Source: a virus
Lineage: Duplodnaviria; Caudoviricetes
DNA: 52,313 bases
Strand: one strand, 5' to 3'
Virus record (IMG/VR): IMGVR_UViG_3300009494_000005
Location: 1 to 52,313 of that record
The translations under genes and the position numbers were made by a program. Positions 18,964-26,930 of this stretch are shown here, one piece after another. Within the stretch, counting starts at the first letter, position 1, and each line of letters begins with the position of its first letter. The notes below the pieces were generated by a model, which saw nothing but the letters and a program-made list of their open reading frames with translations, was not told the origin of the DNA and ran no database searches.

Positions 18964-19343
18964 ACACGCACGAGATCCAGAAACTCAAGGTGGTCGGGAT
19001 CGGCCTAGGGGCCGCAATCAACGCCACCGGAGGCCCCGGCCTCCCCGCGAACGTGATCGTCAGAATCACACCCCGTCGCGGCGACGTCCTCGAGACGGAC
19101 GACTACGACGAGGCGATGGACCACCTCTGCGGGAACAAGCTCGACAGGATCAGCCTCCGGCCGGCCGAGGTCGTCGGAGCGGAGGACACGCGCGACGGCA
19201 CGGTGATCTGCCGGCCTTGCCTCCTCAACGAACCCGCGCGGATGAGCGACCGATTCCGGCACCTCTCGCCCCGGGAGCTCAAGGCGATGCTCGCCCACCT
19301 CGACAGCGAGAAGTGCTCGCGGTGCGGAAGGGGCCTCAAGTGA
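18960..19343 (+). CDS. Hypothetical protein with two CxxC motifs
   Basis: ATGA overlap with the previous gene, CRPC and CSRC. Confidence 0.65.
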   Translation: MNTHEIQKLKVVGIGLGAAINATGGPGLPANVIVRITPRRGDVLETDDYDEAMDHLCGNKLDRISLRPAEVVGAEDTRDGTVICRPCLLNEPARMSDRFRHLSPRELKAMLAHLDSEKCSRCGRGLK

Positions 19344-19747
19344 GCACCCCACTCCGCAAACGGCACGCGCGGACCCTACTCGTCGAGACAGTGGAGGAGT
19401 TCAGCAAAATGCTCAGCGAGTCGTGCCGCCGGCACGGGATCGTCCGGGGCACCGGCGACACCCGGCGATGGGACAAGGTCACGCAGGAAGTGTTGACGAC
19501 CATCGGCCTCCGGGTGCCCATGACGACCCGGCAACTGTGGGACTACCTCGCCCGGGTAGCGAAGCAGAACGGCGGGACGTTCGAGACTCGATTCGAGAGC
19601 AAGATCGGCCCGAGCTTGTGCGACACGACAGGCTGGAGCCGGTCGCGGCTACGCCTCCAGCTAGTCGAGTGGGAGCGGGCTGGCGCGCTCAAGTTCCGGT
19701 GCCTGACGGCCGGACGCGGCACGCTCATCACAGGCATAAACGAGTAG
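19340..19747 (+). CDS. Winged helix-turn-helix DNA-binding protein
   Basis: LCDTTGWSRSRLRLQLVEWERAGAL...GRGTLIT, GTGA overlap. Confidence 0.6.
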   Translation: MSTPLRKRHARTLLVETVEEFSKMLSESCRRHGIVRGTGDTRRWDKVTQEVLTTIGLRVPMTTRQLWDYLARVAKQNGGTFETRFESKIGPSLCDTTGWSRSRLRLQLVEWERAGALKFRCLTAGRGTLITGINE

Positions 19748-19756
19748 GAGGGCGAC

Positions 19757-20368
19757 GTGAGCTTTCACGACGGCGACATAGCCGCAATCGACGGCACGAT
19801 CGACGCTCAACACGCAGGGATCGTCAGGCGCGTGATAGGCGGCCGCGCGGAGGTCGCACTGACGACCGGGACCTCGACGCTGGCGCCGGCCTCCGACCTA
19901 GTCCTCCTCTGGACGTTCGACGCGGTGCGCGACACGCTAGGGGTCCGATTCATGACCTCCAAAGCCGAGCTCCAGTTCACCCGCGCGGCCGTGCTCGGAG
20001 GCGCGACGCTCACAGAGGCGCAAGCCGAGCAGATCCGGCGCGACGTCGAGGGCGCGATTGCCAAGGTCAAGCGGCAATTCCTCGACCACCGCGTGACCCT
20101 CCGGTGGCTGCACAACCTCGCGGAGCCCCGCCCGGTGATCGTCGTGATCCGGGAGCACCGAGGGAACGAGGACACCGCGACCGCACTGGAGATCCTACGG
20201 TGCCCGGCATCGGCCGCGGATTTCCTCCGGCGCGAGGCCCGAATCCCGGCCGTTGCAGGAAGCCCGCCACCCGTTGCACCTTGCGGCGGCCGGCACGCGG
20301 GCCGGGTAAGCTCCCGCCCGCAGGATCAGCGGACCCGTCAGAAGCCCACGAAACGGACCCGTAAATGA
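19757..20368 (+). CDS. Hypothetical protein
   Basis: GGAGG-GTG start in an operon context. Confidence 0.6.
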   Translation: MSFHDGDIAAIDGTIDAQHAGIVRRVIGGRAEVALTTGTSTLAPASDLVLLWTFDAVRDTLGVRFMTSKAELQFTRAAVLGGATLTEAQAEQIRRDVEGAIAKVKRQFLDHRVTLRWLHNLAEPRPVIVVIREHRGNEDTATALEILRCPASAADFLRREARIPAVAGSPPPVAPCGGRHAGRVSSRPQDQRTRQKPTKRTRK

Positions 20369-20387
20369 CCCTCCGTAACACGACTTC

Positions 20388-20403
20388 TGGAATCGCCCTT
20401 GCA
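20388..20403 (+). promoter_or_regulatory. Sigma54-type promoter P2
   Basis: TGGAATCGCCCTTGCA, intergenic. Confidence 0.7.
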
Positions 20404-20455
20404 CTACTAGGAGCCAGAACGAGGCAAGGGAGCAGGACCAACGGAGGAGGACGCG

Positions 20456-20830
20456 ATGAGCAAGACGAGCGCCCGAGAGCGACCGACCAAGGGCACGGCC
20501 GCCACCAGTTGCAAGCAGTGCAAGCACTACGAGGAGTTCAGCGCGGCCCGCACGAGCGGCACCTGCCACTACTGGATCGAGCAGACCGGCGAGGCCGGGT
20601 TGAGGTGCACGACCGCCGAGGAATGGACCTGCACGAAGTGGAACCCGCCGACCGAGGCCGGGAACCCGTGGCCGACAGTGATCGAGTTCGACGCGGCCGC
20701 CGAATACTACGGCGACGAGGGCGACGCGACGAGCGAAGCGACGGATGACTACTTCGCAGGATACGAGGTGCCGAGGGACGCGCGCACACTGATCACGCCC
20801 GAGGGCACGAGTCAGGCCGGCGACCACTAG
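20456..20830 (+). CDS. Cys-rich hypothetical protein
   Basis: GGAGGAGG RBS, CKQCKH...GTC...C..W pattern. Confidence 0.7.
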   Translation: MSKTSARERPTKGTAATSCKQCKHYEEFSAARTSGTCHYWIEQTGEAGLRCTTAEEWTCTKWNPPTEAGNPWPTVIEFDAAAEYYGDEGDATSEATDDYFAGYEVPRDARTLITPEGTSQAGDH

Positions 20831-20865
20831 CCGCCCGGCACAACCGAGGAAGGGAGGACGGAGAA

Positions 20866-21330
20866 ATGCAGAGGACAATCGGCAGTTGCAAACGCAAGGC
20901 GCGGTTTCTGAGCGAGGCACACGGGGTCGACCTCCAGATCAACGTCGAATACGGTCAGCCTTCCGTGCTCGCACGGAGCCCGGGAGGCAAGAGGTGGCGC
21001 ACCGTCGTGACCCGACGCTCGACCGGGGAGGTGTTCGACGCGCTCTGCCACATGGAGGAGGCGTGGGAGCTCGTCGACAAGAACGCGCCCGCGATCAAGC
21101 CGGCATTCGTGATCGTGGAGGTCAGCGGCGGCACCGCCGAGGTGACACACTTCAGCGCACACGCGGTGGTGACCGTGATCGACCACGACACCCCCATGGA
21201 CGCCGAGGGCTCGCCGCGAACCTGCACCACGGCGGCCGACCTTGTGATGCTCGAACTGCGGCACTCGGGCAACCGGCAGGTCCGAACCGAAACCGCGAGC
21301 CGCGAGGCCCTAGAGAGGACAGAAGAATGA
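20866..21330 (+). CDS. Hypothetical protein
   Basis: RBS and operon packing. Confidence 0.65.
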   Translation: MQRTIGSCKRKARFLSEAHGVDLQINVEYGQPSVLARSPGGKRWRTVVTRRSTGEVFDALCHMEEAWELVDKNAPAIKPAFVIVEVSGGTAEVTHFSAHAVVTVIDHDTPMDAEGSPRTCTTAADLVMLELRHSGNRQVRTETASREALERTEE

Positions 21331-21602
21331 GCACTAGACGCAAGCTCCCGACGGTCTACCGGGCCCGCCTCCCGCTCAAGGCGGGAGGCCCGGCCGCGAT
21401 GGACGCCCGACTACGGCGCGCGGTCGCGGAGTTCGAGCGGATGTTCGGCCGGCCGGTGGTCCGAATCCGCTACCCCGTGACCGGCGGGGTGCACTCGCGG
21501 ATCGCAACGGTCACATCGCAAAACGCAATCAAGCCGACGGAGGACGCCGACCTGCCGGCCGGGATGATCGTTCTGGAGGCTCCCCGGCGCACCCGTAAAT
21601 GA
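21327..21602 (+). CDS. Hypothetical protein
   Basis: ATGA overlap with the previous gene. Confidence 0.6.
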   Translation: MSTRRKLPTVYRARLPLKAGGPAAMDARLRRAVAEFERMFGRPVVRIRYPVTGGVHSRIATVTSQNAIKPTEDADLPAGMIVLEAPRRTRK

Positions 21603-21621
21603 CCCTCTGTAACACCCGTTT

Positions 21622-21637
21622 TGGAATCGGCCTTGCA
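21622..21637 (+). promoter_or_regulatory. Sigma54-type promoter P3
   Basis: TGGAATCGGCCTTGCA, intergenic. Confidence 0.7.
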
Positions 21638-21700
21638 CCCTAGAGGGGCAGAAGGACGGAAGGAACCGGCAAGGGAGCAGGACCGAACAGGGAGGAAGCA

Positions 21701-21961
21701 ATGAGCACACGCAAGACGATCAGCCTGAGCCTGACGCGCGACGAGACCGTGACGCTTGGAGCCCTCGCGCAGAACGCGCTGACGAAGGAAGCCGTGACGG
21801 CGGCCTTCCCGAACCCGGACGCCGACCGCGCCCGGCGAGACTACGCCGAGGTCGGGACGGCACTTCTCGACGCGAGCACGACCGCGCTCCGAGAGTTCAA
21901 CAAGGACGAGGGGGCCGCGCGCGGCCTCAGCATCGACGGCCTCAGACGCGCCGGGAAGTAG
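21701..21961 (+). CDS. Hypothetical protein
   Basis: GGGAGG RBS downstream of P3. Confidence 0.7.
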   Translation: MSTRKTISLSLTRDETVTLGALAQNALTKEAVTAAFPNPDADRARRDYAEVGTALLDASTTALREFNKDEGAARGLSIDGLRRAGK

Positions 21962-21971
21962 ACACACCACC

Positions 21972-22008
21972 GCCGGCGGGAGGAGCACAGGCGACCCCTC
22001 CCGCCGGC
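21972..22008 (+). other. Intergenic 12-bp perfect stem-loop
   Basis: GCCGGCGGGAGG...CCTCCCGCCGGC with no U tract. Confidence 0.6.
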
Positions 22009-22025
22009 ACCGACGAGGAGGACAG

Positions 22026-22289
22026 ATGCCAGCACGCAAGAAACCGCAGAAGCCGACAGTCCCGATCCGGGGCCTCACGAGGGGCCCGGCCTCCTGCATC
22101 AGGCCGCTGATCGTGATGGGCACGAACGAACGGCCGGGCGGCCGGGTCGAGTGGGACGCCCCCGCCGGCACGGTCAGGGGCTCGATTTTGGCAGTCTGGA
22201 GCGACGGCGTGACCCTCAGACGCATGGACACCGGCACCGAGCAGTTCCTCTACCGTGGCGACTACCGGGTGCTCAATCCGAAGGGTTGA
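22026..22289 (+). CDS. Hypothetical protein
   Basis: GAGGAGG RBS. Confidence 0.65.
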   Translation: MPARKKPQKPTVPIRGLTRGPASCIRPLIVMGTNERPGGRVEWDAPAGTVRGSILAVWSDGVTLRRMDTGTEQFLYRGDYRVLNPKG

Positions 22290-22314
22290 CACCCGGGGGC
22301 CCTCGCGGTATAAT
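22286..22314 (+). promoter_or_regulatory. Consensus sigma70 promoter
   Basis: Perfect TTGACA-17 bp-TATAAT in a GC-rich genome. Confidence 0.85.
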
Positions 22315-22342
22315 CGACACATCGCCCCGGAAAGGAGCACAG

Positions 22343-22561
22343 GTGAAGAAGGACAGAGACACAGGCCCGAAGTTCCCGACCTCGATCAGGGTCAAGTGCA
22401 CGGAGGAGTTCAAGGCCGGCCTCGGCCGGGTCGCGGACTCGTGGACCGGGCGCAAGGGGCAAGAGTTCGACGTGAGCAAGCTGATCCGCACGCTCGGGGA
22501 GCGCGCGATCGCACGCGAGGCGCGACTGACTGCGAAGCGGAGGCGACGTGACAAAGCGTAG
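22343..22561 (+). CDS. Ribbon-helix-helix (Arc/CopG-like) regulator
   Basis: AAGGAG-GTG, strand SIRVKC, helix EEFKAGLGRVA, helix VSKLIRTLGERAI. Confidence 0.6.
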   Translation: MKKDRDTGPKFPTSIRVKCTEEFKAGLGRVADSWTGRKGQEFDVSKLIRTLGERAIAREARLTAKRRRRDKA

Positions 22562-22982
22562 ACGCAAGCCGATCATCTGGCCCGACTACCGCACCTACCT
22601 GATCACGCGATTCACTCACACGAGGGACGCGGAGGAGTTCACGCGGAGGACCGGTCAACCGAGCAACATGATCTCGGACGGCCAGCTTCGCGGGTTCCTC
22701 ATCGACCATGCGAGGTGGGGAGTCGCGGCCCGGCCGGAACTGTGGCCGACCCTCCGACCCCACATCTACCTGCCGCGCTCCGAGGAGCCGTGGAACCTTG
22801 AGGTGGTGATCACCGACGGCCGGCTCATCGCGCAGACCATCGGAGATCCGCGCCACACCCGCGCTGGCATTCGGTCCTTCGCTGACCTCTGGGGCCCGCA
22901 CGGACCGCTTGAGATCCCCGACGAGGAGTGGCGACAAGACCCGGACTTTCAGAAGTGGCTTGACGAACGGAGGACGAAATAG
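22548..22982 (+). CDS. Hypothetical protein
   Basis: GGAGG-GTG overlapping the RHH gene. Confidence 0.65.
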   Translation: MTKRRRKPIIWPDYRTYLITRFTHTRDAEEFTRRTGQPSNMISDGQLRGFLIDHARWGVAARPELWPTLRPHIYLPRSEEPWNLEVVITDGRLIAQTIGDPRHTRAGIRSFADLWGPHGPLEIPDEEWRQDPDFQKWLDERRTK

Positions 22983-22988
22983 CATGAT
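22960..22988 (+). promoter_or_regulatory. Possible sigma70 promoter
   Basis: TTGACG-17 bp-CATGAT just upstream of a long hairpin. Confidence 0.35.
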
Positions 22989-23002
22989 CACCCCGATGGT
23001 TT

Positions 23003-23074
23003 CCCCCATCAACGGAGCCGGAGCCGGAGCACGCGGGTTGCCCCGCGCCTGACTCCGGTTCTCGTTGACGGGGG
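23003..23074 (+). ncRNA. Long imperfect intergenic hairpin
   Basis: CCCCCATCAACG/CGTTGACGGGGG, GAGCCGGAG/CTCCGGTTC and CGCGGG/CCCGCG pairings. Confidence 0.45.
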
Positions 23075-23102
23075 CCGTCGGACAACAGAACGGGGGAAGC
23101 CA

Positions 23103-23441
23103 TTGAAGGAGCACGAGAAGTGCCCACCGACCGAGACCCACGACACATCCCGCGCCAGCACCGCCGACACGGGCACAAGAACAGACGCCCCAAGCACCGA
23201 TGCGCCCGCCGTGGTGAGCATCGGCACTCGCGCCGTCGTCGAGATCGGGCCCGAGGAAGCGACCCCGACATGGGAGGAACGGGTCGCGGCCGACCCGACG
23301 CTCCTGACGCCCGATTGCGAGTGGGATCGGACGGACGACTACGCAATGACCGGTCAGCGCGCCCACGACAATGACATGGAGGAGCTCAGACAGGCCAACA
23401 CAGAGGCCCGCATCAAGCGCAACGGCGTGAGGTTCGGCTAG
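23103..23441 (+). CDS. Hypothetical protein (start uncertain)
   Basis: Fills the gap before 23455 on the coding strand. Confidence 0.45.
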   Translation: MKEHEKCPPTETHDTSRASTADTGTRTDAPSTDAPAVVSIGTRAVVEIGPEEATPTWEERVAADPTLLTPDCEWDRTDDYAMTGQRAHDNDMEELRQANTEARIKRNGVRFG

Positions 23442-23454
23442 GAGGCCCGACACC

Positions 23455-24930
23455 ATGAGCGACAAAGCCCCGGAAACGGAGAAGGCACCGGCGGTGCACA
23501 AGGATGGCGACAGCCCGTTCGACGCCTGTGACAACCGCGACATGGACTACCTCGACGCACAGTGTCGAGGGCTCGACCTGATTCAACCGCTCGCCCATTT
23601 TTGGATCGAGGACGAGAGCGGCGAGGCGACCTACGCGCTCACCAAGTCGGGCGTAGAGGAAGCCGGTAGACTCGGAGGAGGCGTCGACTGCCCGCTCGCG
23701 GGGCTCAGAGTCGAAGCCGATGGCACCCTCTGGAACGCGGAGCAGGAAGGTCAGAGCATGACGACCAAGCTCCGGCGGGTCGGGTCGGCCTCCGCGAGCA
23801 TCCTCAACTACCACGGCAAGCCCGACAGGTTCGGTCGGCGCAAGGCGGTCAGCCTCGCACAGCGGAACGCGATCAACGCGCTCCTGACGCCCGAGCAGAA
23901 AGCCAAGATGATCACGCACGCAATCGACATCGGGAGCGTTGAGCAGATCACCGAGCCGTGGAAGAAGGAGGACAAGAAGAAGCGCGGACGTCCGGCCGCC
24001 GGCAAGGCCCCGGGAGCACCGCAGAAGCGCGAGCAACCGAAGGGACGTGCACCGACGAAGGACGAAGCACTCGACTACTTCAACAGCGTGATGGGCGAGG
24101 TGATCGCGGCCGTCGCCATGAGGACCGACCGCGACCCGAAGGAAGTCAAGCGCGACATGATCCGCGCGACGGTCCGACGCGGCACGCGGCAGAGGTTCCA
24201 CAACGCCGAAGAAATGCCGCTCCAAGAACTGGTCGCCCTGATCCGCAAGGTAGAGGGCGCAACCGCCGAGGCCGTGAGGTGGTTGAACACCGACGAGTGG
24301 GAGGACGTGCTCGAGACTGGAGGGAGTGGCGCGGAACTGACAAAGCCGACGCCCGCTCCCGTGGTGGGGGGGGGAAACACTGGGGCTACGCCTCCCCCGC
24401 CCGAACCTCCTGACGGCGAAGATCCGGGGCCGACCGAGGAGCTCCCTGCGGGCGACGCGGAGAAAGATGCACCTGATTCGGGCTCCTCCTCCGGGGGCAG
24501 CGCCTCCGGTGCGGGGGGAGAGCTCCCCGACGGTGCAACTTGCGCGGAGTCTAACGCGGACGCGGACGAGCCGGTCCCGGACGAACCGGAGAACCTCGAC
24601 GCCGCACGCGCGAACGCGGCCGAGATCGTGGGACGGATTCTCAAGGCGGTGCCGGTAGAGGGCATCGGAGAGACTCGGGCGAAGCGACAGAGGGCAATCG
24701 ACGCGGTCCGAGCCAACATGACCAAGGCCGTGGTCAGGACCGGGACCGGAGGGAGGACGGAGGACGCGAGCACGCTGACCGTGGCCGAGCTCCTCAACCT
24801 GACCGCCCTCATCGCCCGGGACGAGCGCGCGATCGTGAAGTGGCTGACGAACGGCCGATACTTGAGCTCGGAGATCGCACCGCCGGACACGCAGTGCGAC
24901 CTTCTCAAAAGCTCTACGAACCCTAATTAA
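23455..24930 (+). CDS. Putative Rad52/Sak-like ssDNA annealing protein with duplicated C-terminal helical domain
   Basis: LTKSG... and KAVSLAQRNAI resemble the Rad52-family kA.t.A.krA helix. An internal repeat flanks a Pro/acidic linker. Confidence 0.45.
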   Translation: MSDKAPETEKAPAVHKDGDSPFDACDNRDMDYLDAQCRGLDLIQPLAHFWIEDESGEATYALTKSGVEEAGRLGGGVDCPLAGLRVEADGTLWNAEQEGQSMTTKLRRVGSASASILNYHGKPDRFGRRKAVSLAQRNAINALLTPEQKAKMITHAIDIGSVEQITEPWKKEDKKKRGRPAAGKAPGAPQKREQPKGRAPTKDEALDYFNSVMGEVIAAVAMRTDRDPKEVKRDMIRATVRRGTRQRFHNAEEMPLQELVALIRKVEGATAEAVRWLNTDEWEDVLETGGSGAELTKPTPAPVVGGGNTGATPPPPEPPDGEDPGPTEELPAGDAEKDAPDSGSSSGGSASGAGGELPDGATCAESNADADEPVPDEPENLDAARANAAEIVGRILKAVPVEGIGETRAKRQRAIDAVRANMTKAVVRTGTGGRTEDASTLTVAELLNLTALIARDERAIVKWLTNGRYLSSEIAPPDTQCDLLKSSTNPN

Positions 24931-25132
24931 GTACAAAACTAGTAGTAGTAGTAGGGACGGTGGAAATGTGGACGGGAGGGTGCAAAGCGTTGAGGCTAAA
25001 AGGGGAGCCGGAGGCGCGGGGCGGTGGAGAACCGGTTGACAACTGGGGACCGGTGTGGACCGAAAAGGGGCGGTCCGCACTTACACACCGCCCTGCACCG
25101 CCCGTTCACAGACTTATCAACAGGATGTGCAC
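24924..25132. other. oriC-like replication origin (AT tract, DnaA-trios, DnaA boxes, IHF-like site)
   Basis: TAATTAAGTACAAAAC-(TAG)5-GGAC-GGTGGAAAT/TGTGGAC, CAAAGCGTTGA, and phased boxes ending in TTATCAACA. Confidence 0.75.
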
Positions 25133-25717
25133 ATGACCGGGTTCGAGTTCATAATCATAGGCGGCCCGCACGGAGGAGAGATCGAGAACCCGACGTGCTA
25201 CGCGCGGACGACGCAACGGAGCAAGCACATCAGGTGGACCCGGTCGCGGATCTCGGAGGCGACCGGCAAGGTGCTCCCGCCACGGCTCACACAGTGGGCC
25301 CGTTATCAAGACTACGTCGAGCACGTCAGGCGGGCCTTCGGGGTTTACGAACGAGACCAGCTGATCGAGGAGATCTGGCCGATCCTCCACGCCAAGGAGG
25401 GCAAGGTTGTGGTGGACGTCGTCGCGCAGTTCCGGGGCCGCCAGCACTCCGACGCCGACCACGTCGCCAGCACGGTTGCCGACGCACTGTTCCCGAGGCC
25501 GCCGACTAAGCGACCGCGTCGGAGGAGCGGGGCAACGTGGGGATACGACACACTCCGACATTCGCCGGGCGACGGCCTCGTGCTTGCCCGGATGCTCGAT
25601 TTCATCGACGGCGCCGATTCGGCTTTCGTCGTGGTCAAGATACACGGGCCCTACCCGCGCGACTGGTGGGGTGCGGGCCCGATTCCGAACCTGACACGAC
25701 TACGGGGGGGCGCGTGA
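25133..25717 (+). CDS. RusA-like Holliday junction resolvase (degenerate motifs)
   Basis: VVVDV..QF...DADHV..TVADAL...GD..V and a terminal VVVKI strand. Confidence 0.55.
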   Translation: MTGFEFIIIGGPHGGEIENPTCYARTTQRSKHIRWTRSRISEATGKVLPPRLTQWARYQDYVEHVRRAFGVYERDQLIEEIWPILHAKEGKVVVDVVAQFRGRQHSDADHVASTVADALFPRPPTKRPRRRSGATWGYDTLRHSPGDGLVLARMLDFIDGADSAFVVVKIHGPYPRDWWGAGPIPNLTRLRGGA

Positions 25718-26640
25718 CACACCTCGTTAGCAGGCTGATCCGCTGGGCGACCGGTCGGGCGCGAATAGAGGGCGCGACCCGGTCAGACCTCGTCGACCTT
25801 ACATCAGCCGAACGCCGCGCGTCCTCCGGGGTAGACCACCTAGCACGGGCAATCAGAGGTGCGATCTACGACGGGCTCTGCGAAGGGCTCACCGTCAAGC
25901 AGATCTCCGACCAGATAGAGGTACTCTGGTCGACGGTGATCGCAACCGACGAGATCCGGCGGCTCCTCCGCGCCGAGCTCAAGCGCATGACGAGGGTTCC
26001 AGTGCGGGTGCTGAGCCCTCGCGACCACGGCAAGATGATCGAGCTCACCATCCTCGACGACGTCGCGCCGATCCCCGCGCACCTCCTCAAGCCCGAGCAT
26101 ACCGAGGCCGGCGACCGCGAAAGCAACCGCATCGAGTGTGGAGTCTACGCGCGGATCGAGGCTCAACGGCGGGCCCTCGCGCGAGACTTCCCGGGCTTCG
26201 CTGAGCGGTTCCTTGCCCATAGTCCAGTGGCGGAGGCGTCGGAGGGGGTAAACTCTCCTCCAGCGTCGCCAACGGAGCCCACGGAGCAGGTTTGGGGGCC
26301 TTCCCCGCTCCGACGGGCCTTGTCATGGTGGAGGCTCCTGACAGGAGGACGAGTGAAGGAGAACTGGAGAGTGGTGGTCGACGTCCCGATTGCGGACGTG
26401 CAGGAGGAGGACAAGGACGCGGCGATGCTCGACATCTGCCGAGCGTGGGCTTCGGACATTGGCGTCGAGGTGCCGGAGGGCACGAGCATCAAGATTCTCT
26501 GCAATGATGAGGCAGGGAACATCGTGGCCTACCCGCTCAGGGCGGCCGTCGAGGAGCCCGCCCCCGCGTCAGGCGACGAGATCACCGACCCGGACGGCAA
26601 GGCTCCGGTGCTGGAGGACGACGACCCCGCGCCTGAGTAG
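25714..26640 (+). CDS. Hypothetical protein with C-terminal GDEITDPxGxAP motif
   Basis: GTGA overlap, motif shared with 3429-3812. Confidence 0.65.
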   Translation: MTHLVSRLIRWATGRARIEGATRSDLVDLTSAERRASSGVDHLARAIRGAIYDGLCEGLTVKQISDQIEVLWSTVIATDEIRRLLRAELKRMTRVPVRVLSPRDHGKMIELTILDDVAPIPAHLLKPEHTEAGDRESNRIECGVYARIEAQRRALARDFPGFAERFLAHSPVAEASEGVNSPPASPTEPTEQVWGPSPLRRALSWWRLLTGGRVKENWRVVVDVPIADVQEEDKDAAMLDICRAWASDIGVEVPEGTSIKILCNDEAGNIVAYPLRAAVEEPAPASGDEITDPDGKAPVLEDDDPAPE

Positions 26641-26732
26641 ACAATGGCCGGCGGCTCCGGCACCTGACAAGCAGGGAACGCGCCCGGCCGAATGGCCGTA
26701 GCACCGGGGCCGCCACCGAGGAGGGGGAAACC

Positions 26733-26930
26733 GTGACAGAGAATCAGGCGATCAAGCACGCCATGGCCGCACACCGAGCAGGGCACGACGCTTGCGCGCA
26801 GACCGTAGGCGGCACGACGTCGGGCCGTTGGGCGGTTCACCTAGACCACGGCCGTCGGATCATGGAGGACCACAGCGAGTGCGTGACTGAGATCCGGCGG
26901 CTCCAAGCGATCAACAGGAGGAAGCGTTGA
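26733..26930 (+). CDS. Small hypothetical protein
   Basis: GAGGAGG RBS. Confidence 0.55.
   Translation: MTENQAIKHAMAAHRAGHDACAQTVGGTTSGRWAVHLDHGRRIMEDHSECVTEIRRLQAINRRKR

Noticed and set aside
19340-19747. wHTH protein as a lambda O-type replication initiator
   Set aside because: It is only 135 aa, has no internal iterons or adjacent loader, and lies 5 kb from the origin. Not fully excluded.
18276-21700. CRISPR array or integron attC cassettes
   Set aside because: The repeats are few, kilobases apart and promoter-like, with no cas or integrase gene.
24940-24954. (TAG)5 as a simple microsatellite or stop-codon run
   Set aside because: Its position between DnaA-box-like sites and an AT tract fits DnaA-trios better, and the upstream gene has already stopped at 24930.
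22410-25080. Long minus-strand ORFs (22410-23543, 23413-25080, also 2359-3666, 33805-34893)
   Set aside because: These are shadow ORFs of GC-rich + strand genes, with low-complexity Arg/Pro/Leu translations and no motifs.
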